Origin: Bacteroidia bacterium
Lineage (GTDB): Bacteria > Bacteroidota > Bacteroidia > Bacteroidales > VadinHA17
DNA length: 64,000 nt
Direction: 5' to 3'
Assembly (NCBI GenBank): GCA_026391215.1
Contig: JAPLDX010000090.1
Coordinates: 1-64,000, forward strand
The notes under the pieces are model-generated. The model was not told where the DNA came from. It did not search any database and saw nothing but the letters and a program-made list of their open reading frames with translations. A program made the translations under genes and the position numbers. This document shows, in pieces, positions 9,884 to 20,802 of the stretch (positions within the stretch are counted from its first letter, which is position 1; every line of letters begins with the position of its first letter).

Positions 9884-10633
9884 TTATATTAAAAAAGGTA
9901 TCACAGCCTTTCTATTTACGGGGTATTCCGGGAAATTATTCTTGTACCACCTGTGTGAAGCTATAGCCCTCGGGAAAAGATTTGCGAATGTAAAGACAAA
10001 GAATGCCAATCCTGGAAGAGACCATGTCATCATAGCCCAACCTGCCCATTCGATAAGCTCACCAAAATAATGGGGGCAGGAAATATAATCAAACAACCAG
10101 CCTTTAGGAATTACGTATCCCTGCTGGTTCTGGGACCTCAGCATACGAAGTTTTTCATCAGAGGTTTTATTGATAAAATATCCGCATATAAATAGGGCTA
10201 CTCCCGAAATGAACTGCCATGATAACAACCAGGAATTAGAATAGCTATATAGATGAAAGACACCATAACCATTAATAAAACCGTTCAGACTGTTGAATGT
10301 AATTGCCATAAGGACAATAACCAAAGGATAGGGTTTATTCCTGCCTGACTGGCTGAAAGGATAATAGAATGTCCTGTGTATATAATGTAACAACCAGACG
10401 ATAACAAAAATGATCTGCGGAGCATTTATGTCCGGAGAAAAAATAAAGAAGAGAATAATCAGTGCAGGAGAAGGTAATTCCATTATGAGCCATGCCCATT
10501 TAGATCTGACTGCCGGGCCCCAGCCTTTCCTGGAGAACTTACCGTACGGAGCTGAAATAAAAAAAAGCAGTATAAAAACCAGTGCTGCAACGCTGAATAC
10601 CAGTACTAAAGAAAAATTATAAAAATTTGTCAT
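9884..10633 (-). CDS. 3-oxo-5-alpha-steroid 4-dehydrogenase (steroid 5-alpha-reductase/TECR family) membrane protein
   Basis: APYGKF, AWLIMELPS, HYIHR, SDEKLRMLR, YVIPKGWLFDYISCPHYFGELIEW, NLFPRA, HRWY motifs. Confidence 0.9.
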   Translation of the reverse strand: MTNFYNFSLVLVFSVAALVFILLFFISAPYGKFSRKGWGPAVRSKWAWLIMELPSPALIILFFIFSPDINAPQIIFVIVWLLHYIHRTFYYPFSQSGRNKPYPLVIVLMAITFNSLNGFINGYGVFHLYSYSNSWLLSWQFISGVALFICGYFINKTSDEKLRMLRSQNQQGYVIPKGWLFDYISCPHYFGELIEWAGWAMMTWSLPGLAFFVFTFANLFPRAIASHRWYKNNFPEYPVNRKAVIPFLI

Positions 10634-10745
10634 TTTTGAATAAAATTTAAGGCACCTGGCAGTTCAGACTTCAAATATGCATTAAAACATTAATATTTGT
10701 TATTATTTATTAGTTTTTCTTTTTTTATACATTTGCCAGTCATAA

Positions 10746-11945
<1,200 letters not shown>

Positions 11946-12752
11946 TTGAAAAAAATAATTCTGATAACAGGTATTTCGTCAGGTTTTGGCAAAGAGACAG
12001 CCAGGCTTCTTTCAGAAGCAGGGCATATTGTATATGGAACGGTCCGGCAAGAAGCTGAGCCGGATGGTAAATTACATATACTGAAAATGGACCTTATGGA
12101 TACCCTGTCAATTGATAAAGCTGTCAAAACCGTTATTGAAAAAGAGAGAAGGATTGATGTCCTTATAAATAATGCCGGCATACATACGGGAGGTCCCATT
12201 GAAACATCACCTTCAGAAAACATTAAGTTGCAGATAGATACAAATCTAATTGGGATGGTTCATCTGACCAGAAAGGTATTACCAGTGATGCGGGAGCAGG
12301 GAGGCGGCACAATTATTAACTTCAGCTCAATAGGAGGGATAATGGGATTACCTTATCAGGCATTCTACTCAGCAAGCAAATTTGCCATTGAGGGTTTCAG
12401 TGAAGCTCTTAGGATGGAGGTTGAGCGGTTCAATATAAAGGTCATTGTTATAAATCCAGGAGATTTCTGTACAAATAACTCTGCCAACCGAAGGAAATTT
12501 CTTGCACCATCCTCACCTGGCGATCCATATCAGGATCAGTTTGAAAAAACATTATCGGTAATTGAAAAAGATGAGGCCAACGGCTGGAGGCCGGAAGTGC
12601 TGGCCAGAAAGCTTGTAAAGATAATTGAATGCAGGAATCCCCATCAGAGATATATTATCGCATCATTTGAATATAAACTTGCAGTGGCTTTGAAATATTT
12701 TTTACCAGGGAAATGGTTCAGGAAAATTCTTCAGGGGCATTATAAAATATAA
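11946..12752 (+). CDS. Short-chain dehydrogenase/reductase (candidate 3-ketodihydrosphingosine reductase)
   Basis: TGISSGFG, NNAG, YSASK catalytic motif; abuts the spt stop codon. Confidence 0.85.
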   Translation: MKKIILITGISSGFGKETARLLSEAGHIVYGTVRQEAEPDGKLHILKMDLMDTLSIDKAVKTVIEKERRIDVLINNAGIHTGGPIETSPSENIKLQIDTNLIGMVHLTRKVLPVMREQGGGTIINFSSIGGIMGLPYQAFYSASKFAIEGFSEALRMEVERFNIKVIVINPGDFCTNNSANRRKFLAPSSPGDPYQDQFEKTLSVIEKDEANGWRPEVLARKLVKIIECRNPHQRYIIASFEYKLAVALKYFLPGKWFRKILQGHYKI

Positions 12753-12778
12753 TGAACCATTAATCACCGGGGAGATCT

Positions 12779-13771
12779 CTATTCCCCTCTAATCCACTGA
12801 TCAACAGGTTTTTCAACAGGGATCACCGGGGCCAGTATTTTTTTCACAGTATATCCGGCTGCCTCTTTCTTTGTCAGCTGATGGCTCCAGTCAACTCTCA
12901 GTGAGATATCTGCACCCGGACCAGTATTTCCGTATTCAGCATAAAAAGCGGTTTTATCACGTGTTGTACCCTGCCAGTTTGACCAGCCTTCGGGTACGAT
13001 ATGGGCTCCAAGTTCACATTTTATAAATACTGTCCTGGCATAATCGCGCCATGGACGTCCAAGATACACTTTATCAATCCCGGCTTCCGCGGTCAGCTTG
13101 CAGCCCATGAAAACGTATCCGAATTTTTTCCCCTGAGGAGTACTTGCTGCAGTGATATATGAATTGCTTTTGCTGTGAATTGTACAGCTATTGAAAAGCA
13201 CAGTAGCTGCACCGAAGATGAAATCAGTGGTTCCTTCGATATAACATCCATCAAAATACTGGCGACAGTTAAGACCGTCAGTATAAAGTGTATCCTGGTT
13301 GCCTGTTATTCTGCAATTACGGAAAACGCACCTGTCGCCGCTGATGTGCAGTGCAACTGCCTGACCTACAGGACCTGCTGTATTTTCGATAGTCAGGTTA
13401 GCGGCATAAAAGTCATCGGCTTCAACCAGGAAGGTATAAGTATAAAATGTGCTGTTCCTTCCACGGTTGATCTTATTGAAAAAGTCGCCATATGATATGA
13501 TAGTTTTTTCTGCACTTTCACCTATTATTGAAAGGCGTGTGTTGCATGCAGGCACGACTATTTTTTCTTTATAGATCCCGTTTTTGACAAATATTGTAAC
13601 ACGCTGGTCAGGGAATGATTTGCAGGCATCAATAGCTTGTTGAATTGTAGCATAGTCACCGGTGCCGTCCAGTGAAACGGTCATTGAGTATATTTCCTGG
13701 GAAAATAAACTTGCCGGTACGAGACAGATGATGAAACCTGATAAAATAAGAATTGATCTTAGCATCTTCAT
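12779..13771 (-). CDS. Pectin methylesterase (CE8)
   Basis: GDYATIQQAI, GIYKEK, QAVAL, GNQDTLY, DFIFG, YLGRPW motifs. Confidence 0.93.
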   Translation of the reverse strand: MKMLRSILILSGFIICLVPASLFSQEIYSMTVSLDGTGDYATIQQAIDACKSFPDQRVTIFVKNGIYKEKIVVPACNTRLSIIGESAEKTIISYGDFFNKINRGRNSTFYTYTFLVEADDFYAANLTIENTAGPVGQAVALHISGDRCVFRNCRITGNQDTLYTDGLNCRQYFDGCYIEGTTDFIFGAATVLFNSCTIHSKSNSYITAASTPQGKKFGYVFMGCKLTAEAGIDKVYLGRPWRDYARTVFIKCELGAHIVPEGWSNWQGTTRDKTAFYAEYGNTGPGADISLRVDWSHQLTKKEAAGYTVKKILAPVIPVEKPVDQWIRGE

Positions 13772-13894
13772 ATTCTTGTCATTTTAGTTTTTCCAAGCTC
13801 CTGTTTTAACCTCTTCTGGTTCTACAGGTTAAAAGTATATTTATGAAAAATTTAAATTATCCAAATTTATACTAATTTTGCACATCAAATTTTT

Positions 13895-13967
13895 CGGCCC
13901 GTAGCTCAGCTGGCAGAGCACGTGACTCTTAATCATGGGGTCGAGGGTTCGATTCCCTCCGGGCCGA
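13895..13967 (+). tRNA. tRNA-Lys (anticodon CTT)
   Basis: Acceptor stem CGGCCCG/CGGGCCG, D arm GCTC/GAGC, anticodon loop CT-CTT-AA, T arm GAGGG-TTCGATT-CCCTC; CCA not encoded. -7 box TAATTTTG at 13873-13880. Confidence 0.95.
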
Positions 13968-14151
13968 CAAAAGATAAAAACTCATTAAAAATACCTCAAC
14001 ACTTAAAAAATTATAAGATCAAGAATTGTATTGTTACTGTTGACTTTTACATATAATGCCAACTTCTCACAATCAGAGAGCTATGAATTAGAATCACTCA
14101 TCGCCCACAATTGAAAATCAAAGTGCCAACTAACTATGATCAAGAATAATG

Positions 14152-14183
14152 AAACTCCCCGCGGCAAGCAGCGGGGTATCAAA
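14152..14183. mobile_element. IS200/IS605-type terminal hairpin remnant (no tnpA/tnpB)
   Basis: AAACTCCCCGCGGCAAGCAGCGGGGTATC: an imperfect GC hairpin with a small loop, of the form seen at IS200/IS605 ends. Confidence 0.5.
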
Positions 14184-14407
14184 CCTCCACAAAAATCAGA
14201 AATCTTCAATAAAAGGTCTTATATCATTTGTCTGACAAAGGGATGACGCAGGCGAACATTTATCATCAATAGTGAGGGTTGTGATTTATGTTGCATACCT
14301 TATCTTATGGGTTTTAAAATGCAACACTAAGAGAACAATCCGAACACCTTACTACTCTGTAATTGAAGTAGTACCATATTTAAAAGTAACTACAGTGCTT
14401 TGGTTAT

Positions 14408-17326
14408 TTATTCAACAATGACTTTCCCTGAGTAGCTTTTTGCACCTGATTCAACCTTGTATATAAATATCCCTGGATTGATACCTTCAAGGTTGATTTC
14501 AAAAGGAGAACTATTCATTTCCTTTCTGATTAACTTTTTGCCATGAAGATCTATAAGGGTAAAAACAGGTAGAGTTGCAATATCAAAATTATGTTTTATA
14601 ATAAGAGTCCCCTTGGTCGGATTAGGATAACATAAGATTTCATATTCAGATGAAGAGAGTTCTCTTTCAGATGTGGCTATTGTACTATACTTGAGCAACT
14701 CATAACCACTATTATTAATACTTCCAGCAAAAAACAGATCATCATTTATTGGTGTAGCAAAGCCGTTATAATATACCATCTCACCAGTATAAACAATCTG
14801 TGTACCTGTTTCTGTTCCATCACTTGTCCAAATTTTATTTTGAACTATTAACCACAGTGTATCTTTAAAATAGAAAATTGAATTAGATGATGATGGCCGG
14901 CCGTCAGGAGCTAAAACTTTGACTAGTTCTGTACCTGTTTCTGTTCCATCACTTTTCCATAGTTCAACTCCGTTAGTCTCGTTCCATGCATAGAAATAAA
15001 GAATACCATCAATATCTGTCAAAGTTCTAGGATAACTGGAAACAGAACCGGGATTGATATCTTTTACCATTACTGTTCCTTCACTTGTCCCATCACTTTT
15101 CCATAACTCTTCTCCGCTAGTCTCATTCCATATATAGAAATAAAGAACCCCATTAACAACAGTAAAACCTCCGGGATAGCTATTAGCTTGCCCAGAATTA
15201 ATATCTTTTACTAGTACTGTTCCTTCTTCTATTCCATTACTTTTCCATAACTCCTTGCCATTAGTCCCGTTATCTGAAACGAAATAAAGTATTCCGTTAA
15301 CATTAATTAAATTCTGTGGATTACTAGAAGCAATACCTGGATTGATATCTTTAACCATCACTGTTGCTGCATCCGTTCCATCACTTTTCCATAACTCCCT
15401 ACCATTAACCTCATCTTCTGCACTGAAGTAAAGAGCACCATTTACATTGGTTAGATAATATGGCTGGTAATAACCGAAATCTTTTACCTTGATAGTCCCT
15501 GCACTCGTTCCATCACTTTTCCATAGTCCATCCCTATTTACGTCCAACGCACAGAAACAAAGAACACCATTTAAGTTGATTAATAAATCTTCAATATTTA
15601 CATTTGTTACAAAAACAGTTCCTGCGCTCGTCCCATCACTTTTCCATAATCCCCTTCCATTTATAGCATCCTCGCCAATGAAATAAAGAACTCCATTTAC
15701 ATTGATTAAATTATAAAAGGGAACTCCATTTAAATCATAAAAGGGAACTCCACTTACAGTAAAAACATAAAGTTCTATATCCGTTACTATTACAGTCCCT
15801 GTATTTGTTCCATCACTTTTCCATAGTTTATTTTTATTAATCCCATCAGATGCCCCGAAATAAAGGATCCCATTTACATTGGTTAAATTAAAAGGTTCGG
15901 AAGAAACAGAACAAGGCTCTAAGTCTTTTAGCATAACAGTACCTTCATTTGTTCCATCGCTAATCCATAGTTCAGTTCCGTTAAATCCATCATTTGCACT
16001 GAAATAGAAAACTCCATTTAAATTGGTCAAATAATAAGGGTTTCCAGAAACAGAACCTGGAATGATATCTTTTACCAAAACTGTTCCATCACTCGTACCA
16101 TCACTTTTCCATAATTCAGATCCATTAGATCCATCATTTGCTCTGAAATAAAGAACTCCATTAAGAATGGTTGAATAGGTCATTGGGCTCCCAGAAGCAG
16201 AACCGGGATTGATATCTTTTACCAAAGCAGTTCCTATACTTGTTCCATCACTTCTCCATAGTTCAGATCCATTGGATCCATCATTTGCCCTGAAATAAAG
16301 AACTCCATTAATATTTTTTACTTTAGAAGGATTTGCTGAAGCTGAACCAGGATTAATATCCTTTACTATTACTGTCCCTGTTTCTGTCCCATCACTTTTC
16401 CATAGTTCAGTCCCATTAGTACCTTCATCTGCATTGAAATATAGAACACCATTTATGTTGGTTAAATTACTTACTTGGCTACTTTCAGATCCAGGTCTTA
16501 TATCTTTTAGCATTATAGTTCCTTCAACAGTCCCATCACTCTTCCATAACTCCTGTCCATTGACGCCATTATTTCCCATAAAAAAAAGAACACCGTTTAC
16601 ATTGGTTAAATTAAAAATGGCGCCTGTAGCAGAACCAGGATTGATATCTTTTACCATCATTGTCCCTGTACTAGTCCCATCACTTTTCCATAACTCCCTA
16701 CCATTAACCTCATCTTCTGCACTGAAGTAAAGAATACCATTTACATTGGTTAAAAAAACTGAGCTAGCATTAGCAGCTCCCAAATTAATATCTTTCACTA
16801 TAAAAGTTCCTAAACTGGTTCCATCACTTCTCCATAACCTCCTGAAGTTAATATCATCTATTGCACAGAAAAAAAGAATTCCATTTACATCAGTTATTTC
16901 AGATACCCTACTTAAAGCAGTTTCAGGATTAGTATCTTTAACCATATAAGTTCCTTCACTCGTTCCATCACTTCTCCAAAGTTCATTTCCATTAATCCCA
17001 TCATCTGCACTTAAATAAAGAATCCCATTAACAATTGTAAAGCTACTCGGATAACTTGATGCAGAACCGGGATAGATATCTTTTACCAAAGCAGTTCCTG
17101 TACTTGTTCCATCACTTCTCCATAACTCCGTTCCATATTCAATTGTTGAACATTCGAAATAGATATAATTACCAAACTGTAAAAAATTACTAGGATACGA
17201 AGATCCTGTAAGAGTGTTTATGTCTTTGACTAAAGATACCTGGCTAAAAGATTCAATAGATACACTGTGAACAAACAACAAAAGAATCTTTATCCAATTT
17301 GTTTTAATTAAGTCTAAAAAATTCAT
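14408..17326 (-). CDS. ELWxxDGT repeat protein with C-terminal T9SS sorting domain
   Basis: About 17 repeats of ELWKSDGT..GT..VKDINPG; C-terminal YPNPTKG...GIFIYKV...SGKVIVE (T9SS type A CTD). Confidence 0.93.
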   Translation of the reverse strand: MNFLDLIKTNWIKILLLFVHSVSIESFSQVSLVKDINTLTGSSYPSNFLQFGNYIYFECSTIEYGTELWRSDGTSTGTALVKDIYPGSASSYPSSFTIVNGILYLSADDGINGNELWRSDGTSEGTYMVKDTNPETALSRVSEITDVNGILFFCAIDDINFRRLWRSDGTSLGTFIVKDINLGAANASSVFLTNVNGILYFSAEDEVNGRELWKSDGTSTGTMMVKDINPGSATGAIFNLTNVNGVLFFMGNNGVNGQELWKSDGTVEGTIMLKDIRPGSESSQVSNLTNINGVLYFNADEGTNGTELWKSDGTETGTVIVKDINPGSASANPSKVKNINGVLYFRANDGSNGSELWRSDGTSIGTALVKDINPGSASGSPMTYSTILNGVLYFRANDGSNGSELWKSDGTSDGTVLVKDIIPGSVSGNPYYLTNLNGVFYFSANDGFNGTELWISDGTNEGTVMLKDLEPCSVSSEPFNLTNVNGILYFGASDGINKNKLWKSDGTNTGTVIVTDIELYVFTVSGVPFYDLNGVPFYNLINVNGVLYFIGEDAINGRGLWKSDGTSAGTVFVTNVNIEDLLINLNGVLCFCALDVNRDGLWKSDGTSAGTIKVKDFGYYQPYYLTNVNGALYFSAEDEVNGRELWKSDGTDAATVMVKDINPGIASSNPQNLINVNGILYFVSDNGTNGKELWKSNGIEEGTVLVKDINSGQANSYPGGFTVVNGVLYFYIWNETSGEELWKSDGTSEGTVMVKDINPGSVSSYPRTLTDIDGILYFYAWNETNGVELWKSDGTETGTELVKVLAPDGRPSSSNSIFYFKDTLWLIVQNKIWTSDGTETGTQIVYTGEMVYYNGFATPINDDLFFAGSINNSGYELLKYSTIATSERELSSSEYEILCYPNPTKGTLIIKHNFDIATLPVFTLIDLHGKKLIRKEMNSSPFEINLEGINPGIFIYKVESGAKSYSGKVIVE

Positions 17327-17524
17327 GTATCGATTTATTAGAAATATTTAAGAAATATTTGCGTTTGATTAAAACATAAATAAATTATATAGTTCAGAAC
17401 TTCAATGATTTGAATATAAGGTTCCTAAAAAATAATATTCAAGTCAAGTTTATTTTTATCACTTAACCAAGTAACCTTATACAGAGGACTCGGAGAATGG
17501 TTTAACATGATTGTTCTCAGAAGT

Positions 17525-18646
17525 TTAAAAAGTTCTTATTGCCCTTACTCTTAATTCATATGATTTCCAGCTGTTGTCTTGATATGGATTAAAACTGTAG
17601 CCATTGGCATGAGTAGTATTAATTGCAACACCATATTCACTCGAACTCCAGTAAAATGTAGCCAATAAACCCCCAATACTATTAAGATAAAGGTTATTGT
17701 AAATCATAATTAATTCTTCCAAAGAAGGCAAGTACCAATCATTATATCCATTTAGAACTAAGTCATTACAAACTCTGGCAGCACATAAATCGGAACATTT
17801 AGCGACTATCAGGGCTGTGTTCTCAGCTCCAGTTCCAAAAGCATTAGAAGTTCCTCCTATTCGTGTACCTTCACAACCCCAGAGATATGATCCTTGGTCT
17901 TTGGAAGCGCACGCTAATCCGTGTTGTCCCGTATTATCAAGATAAAATATAATACCACCTGCTGAATTACCTCCTATAATATAATTAGCAATAAATTGCA
18001 TATCATCACCATTTGTAGTTCCAAGTGAATTTGTAGCAACAACTCTAAAGTGGTATGTCTCACCAGTTGTTAAACCTGAAATATTAGCACTTACAACCAT
18101 AGTAGTATCTCCTGAGATAGGACTTTGAACCACGGTGATGGAACTCCCATAACTAGTTGTAGTACCATACTCAAATGTAACAGTCGTGGAAAGCCAGTTA
18201 GGATTAACAGTTCCATATAAAGTAGCAGTAGTTTTTGTAATGTTTGTTGCAGCCTGTGATGATGCGGTTGGCTTAGCTCCTAATGTTGTAAAAGATAATT
18301 CCGATCCATATCCTATACCTTCACGATTTGTAGCATAAGCTTTTACATAATAGGTTGTACCACCTTCCAAATCAGTGATGTTACTGGTGAAACTATAATC
18401 GACTGCGATATCAGTGGTCTTATCATTAGTAATTGTAGGCTCACTCTCCGTACTCCAACAAACACCAGATGATATTATTTTTGCTCCTCCATCGCTAGTT
18501 ATACTCCCTCCACTTTTAGCTGAATTTGCTGTAATCTCGGTAACTTCAGTTGTTACCAAAGTAGGTACTTCTTTCTTTTCACAAGCAGATATGACGCATA
18601 ATAAAGTGAAAAGACAATAGGCTATGAATTTATTTGAATATTTCAT
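17525..18646 (-). CDS. Lipoprotein with two FN3-like domains and C-terminal DUF1566/Lcl (CLec-fold) domain
   Basis: Lipobox ISAC; TTYYVKAYATN and TYHFRVVATN FN3 motifs; GGIIFY, GYNDWYLPSLEEL, YWSSSE, VRAIRTF. Confidence 0.82.
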   Translation of the reverse strand: MKYSNKFIAYCLFTLLCVISACEKKEVPTLVTTEVTEITANSAKSGGSITSDGGAKIISSGVCWSTESEPTITNDKTTDIAVDYSFTSNITDLEGGTTYYVKAYATNREGIGYGSELSFTTLGAKPTASSQAATNITKTTATLYGTVNPNWLSTTVTFEYGTTTSYGSSITVVQSPISGDTTMVVSANISGLTTGETYHFRVVATNSLGTTNGDDMQFIANYIIGGNSAGGIIFYLDNTGQHGLACASKDQGSYLWGCEGTRIGGTSNAFGTGAENTALIVAKCSDLCAARVCNDLVLNGYNDWYLPSLEELIMIYNNLYLNSIGGLLATFYWSSSEYGVAINTTHANGYSFNPYQDNSWKSYELRVRAIRTF

Positions 18647-19414
18647 GAGCTGAAAAATAGATTAACTATCAGAAAACAAGGCAATTCTCAAATTTACGAA
18701 ATATGTATAATATAAACCTCACCCACTTGATTAATTCTGATGAGTGAGATATTAGCACGGTTTGTTTTCAACGGTTCTCCAGTTCCTAAAGTTGAGCTGA
18801 ACCATCCCTGACGAATCTATTAACATTGGTCGAAAGAACACCCATACTATGGCTAGTATCAGGCTGAAGAGATGAAGTCAATAGATATGTGGTTTATAGT
18901 AATGAAAATAACAAGGCAACAGTACGTATATACATAATTATCATATCAAAAAAAAATATCGAAATAATCATAATCATATTGAAATATCTATATATATCAA
19001 TCTGTGTTGTGGACATTAACGGCTCCTTTGCCAGGGATTATAGTTGATCTAGGCATAAAACGTATGTCAGTGGCTGTGGGCAGGCGTGTGCAGGGGTCTT
19101 GCGGGGCTATTCAATATAAGTAGCCTTATCGGCCGAACGGAGTGAGGATTAGATAAGAAACGCTTATGTTCAATAGCTTAGGCTGTGTGTGGGATTATTC
19201 CTGTTACCAGAGAGGATGAACTGGCCGACAATAGAAAACGCAACTGGCAATAAATAGACCGGTTGCGTTTCTGTTTAAATTAAATCGTTCAAAATCGTTT
19301 TGTTTTAATAAGAGTTATGGAACAGGTTTCAAAGGGTAAATTGTTGACTAAATTAAATTTATCATATTTATTAGGAAGGTGACAAAAAATCCTTATTTTT
19401 ACTCATTCTTAATA

Positions 19415-19550
19415 GTGAATGATTCTCATCGGAGAATATTTCTTACTTGAGAATGACTATCATAAGAGAATGATTCTCATTGGAGAATGACCATCAAAAG
19501 ATTATAATTATCATAGGAGAACAATCCTTATTTGAGAAAACAACAAAATA
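19415..19550. promoter_or_regulatory. Tandem array of about 8 degenerate 17-bp units containing Fur/PerR-box-like 7-1-7 palindromes
   Basis: Units start at 19415, 19432, 19449, 19466, 19483, 19500, 19517 and 19534; consensus GAGAATGATTCTCATnn; directly upstream of a Fur-family gene. Confidence 0.75.
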
Positions 19551-19563
19551 ATCTCTACACTCT

Positions 19564-19995
19564 ATGGCAAACAAAACAGTTATCAGGATACTGGCTGAAA
19601 GCGGCTTGAAAATAACTCCTCAGAGAACCGCCGTCCTGGAGGTCATATTAAGCCTCAACAACCACCCGACTGCCGATAATATCGCAGAATATCTAAGAAT
19701 GAGCTATCCCCACATACCTATAGGAACTGTCTATAAAATCCTTGATACATTCTTCGAGAAAGGTATCATCAAAAAAGTAAAAACCGGAGACGATGTAATG
19801 AGATATGATGGCGTACAGAAAAAGCATTATCACCTTTTATGTGCTGATTCTGAGCGTATTGAGGACTATTATGATGATGAACTGAATAAAATCCTTAATG
19901 AATATTTCGGGAAAAAGAGAATACCCGGTTTTATAATTGAAGATTTCAAAGTGCAGATCGTGGGACAATTCAAAGATAAAAACAAGAAAAAATAA
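19564..19995 (+). CDS. Fur family transcriptional regulator (PerR-like)
   Basis: GLKITPQRTAVL, HPTAD, TVYKIL, RYD, HYHLLC motifs. Confidence 0.92.
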   Translation: MANKTVIRILAESGLKITPQRTAVLEVILSLNNHPTADNIAEYLRMSYPHIPIGTVYKILDTFFEKGIIKKVKTGDDVMRYDGVQKKHYHLLCADSERIEDYYDDELNKILNEYFGKKRIPGFIIEDFKVQIVGQFKDKNKKK

Positions 19996-20037
19996 AATCT
20001 AGACACTCAAATTTATAATATTAAAAACTAAATTATT

Positions 20038-20538
20038 ATGGCAGAAACTGGAAGATCAATAGTGAAAATGGATGTTGACAAATTGCTCAGCCTCCTTAAC
20101 AAAGCGCTGGCCGACGAATGGCTGGCTTATTACCAGTACTGGGTAGGGGCCAAAGTTGTAAAAGGCCCAATGAAAGATGCTGTGATTGCCGAACTTACTA
20201 TTCATGCTACTGAGGAACTAAGTCATGCTGAATTGATCGCTACAAGAATAATTCAACTCAGCGGTACTCCTGTCCTTTCCCTGGAGGAATGGCTAAAAAT
20301 AACTAACTGCGGTTATGATACTCCATCGGATCCGTATGTCGAAGCAATACTTGACCAGAATATTAAAGGTGAACAATGCGCTATACGTACTTACAGCAAA
20401 TTACTGGATATTACACGTGAAGCAGATCCGGTAACCTATAATATAATTCTTACAATTATTTCACAAGAGGTTGAACACGAAGAAGATCTTGCCGCTCTTA
20501 AGGAAGATCTGGAATTAATGCTCATGAAAAGAAAGTAA
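20038..20538 (+). CDS. Ferritin-like DPS-like (DPSL/bacterioferritin-related) protein
   Basis: ALADEWLAYYQYW, EELSHAE, RIIQL, the Cys pair in NCGY and EQCAI, and EVEHEEDL diiron ligands. Confidence 0.88.
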   Translation: MAETGRSIVKMDVDKLLSLLNKALADEWLAYYQYWVGAKVVKGPMKDAVIAELTIHATEELSHAELIATRIIQLSGTPVLSLEEWLKITNCGYDTPSDPYVEAILDQNIKGEQCAIRTYSKLLDITREADPVTYNIILTIISQEVEHEEDLAALKEDLELMLMKRK

Positions 20539-20539
20539 C

Positions 20540-20795
20540 ATGGAAATCACATTTGAAGGAGGGAAAGTAGTTACTGCTCATACTCAAGGGCACTCTATTA
20601 AAACAGATCAACCTGTTGATAATGGAGGAAGCAATAGTGCACCGTCTCCTTATGATCTTTTTTTAGCATCAATCGGAACATGTGCAGGAGTTTACGTAAA
20701 ATCTTTTTGTGATAACTGTTGCAGATTTGTGCAAGGTAAAGAAGACCATGGCAAATCCGCCAGTTTTCGAAATAATTACTTCAGAGCTGCTCTGA
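20540..20795 (+). pseudogene. OsmC-family protein with internal deletion and frameshift
   Basis: N-part TDQP..NGG..SAPSPYDLFLASIGTCAGVYVKSFCDN ends at 20716. The C-terminal VADLCKVKKTMANPPVFEIITSELL-stop (second catalytic Cys) follows in the +1 frame from 20718. The central portion is missing. Confidence 0.75.
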
Positions 20796-20802
20796 GTAAT
20801 AA

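Larger units (their letters stand above)
13968..19237. mobile_element. Putative AT-rich genomic islet at the 3' end of tRNA-Lys (no integrase seen)
   Basis: Visibly more AT-rich codon usage than the flanks, two accessory surface-protein genes and long non-coding stretches. An imperfect repeat of the tRNA 3' junction occurs (GGCCGACAAaAGAtAA at 13962 vs GGCCGACAAtAGAaAA at 19223). Confidence 0.45.

Noticed and set aside
15712-15765. 24-bp near-duplication in the ELWxxDGT gene (GVPFYDLN GVPFYNLI)
   Set aside because: Ordinary in-frame slippage within a repeat protein.
17525-17680. DUF1566/CLec C-terminus as the variable region of a diversity-generating retroelement
   Set aside because: The fold is a known DGR target type, but I found no template-repeat copy and no reverse transcriptase in the window. 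It could only be a remote target, which cannot be tested here.
19415-19550. 17-bp periodic array as a CRISPR array or iterons
   Set aside because: Units are contiguous with no unique spacers and there is no cas or rep gene nearby; the palindrome and the adjacent fur gene explain it better.
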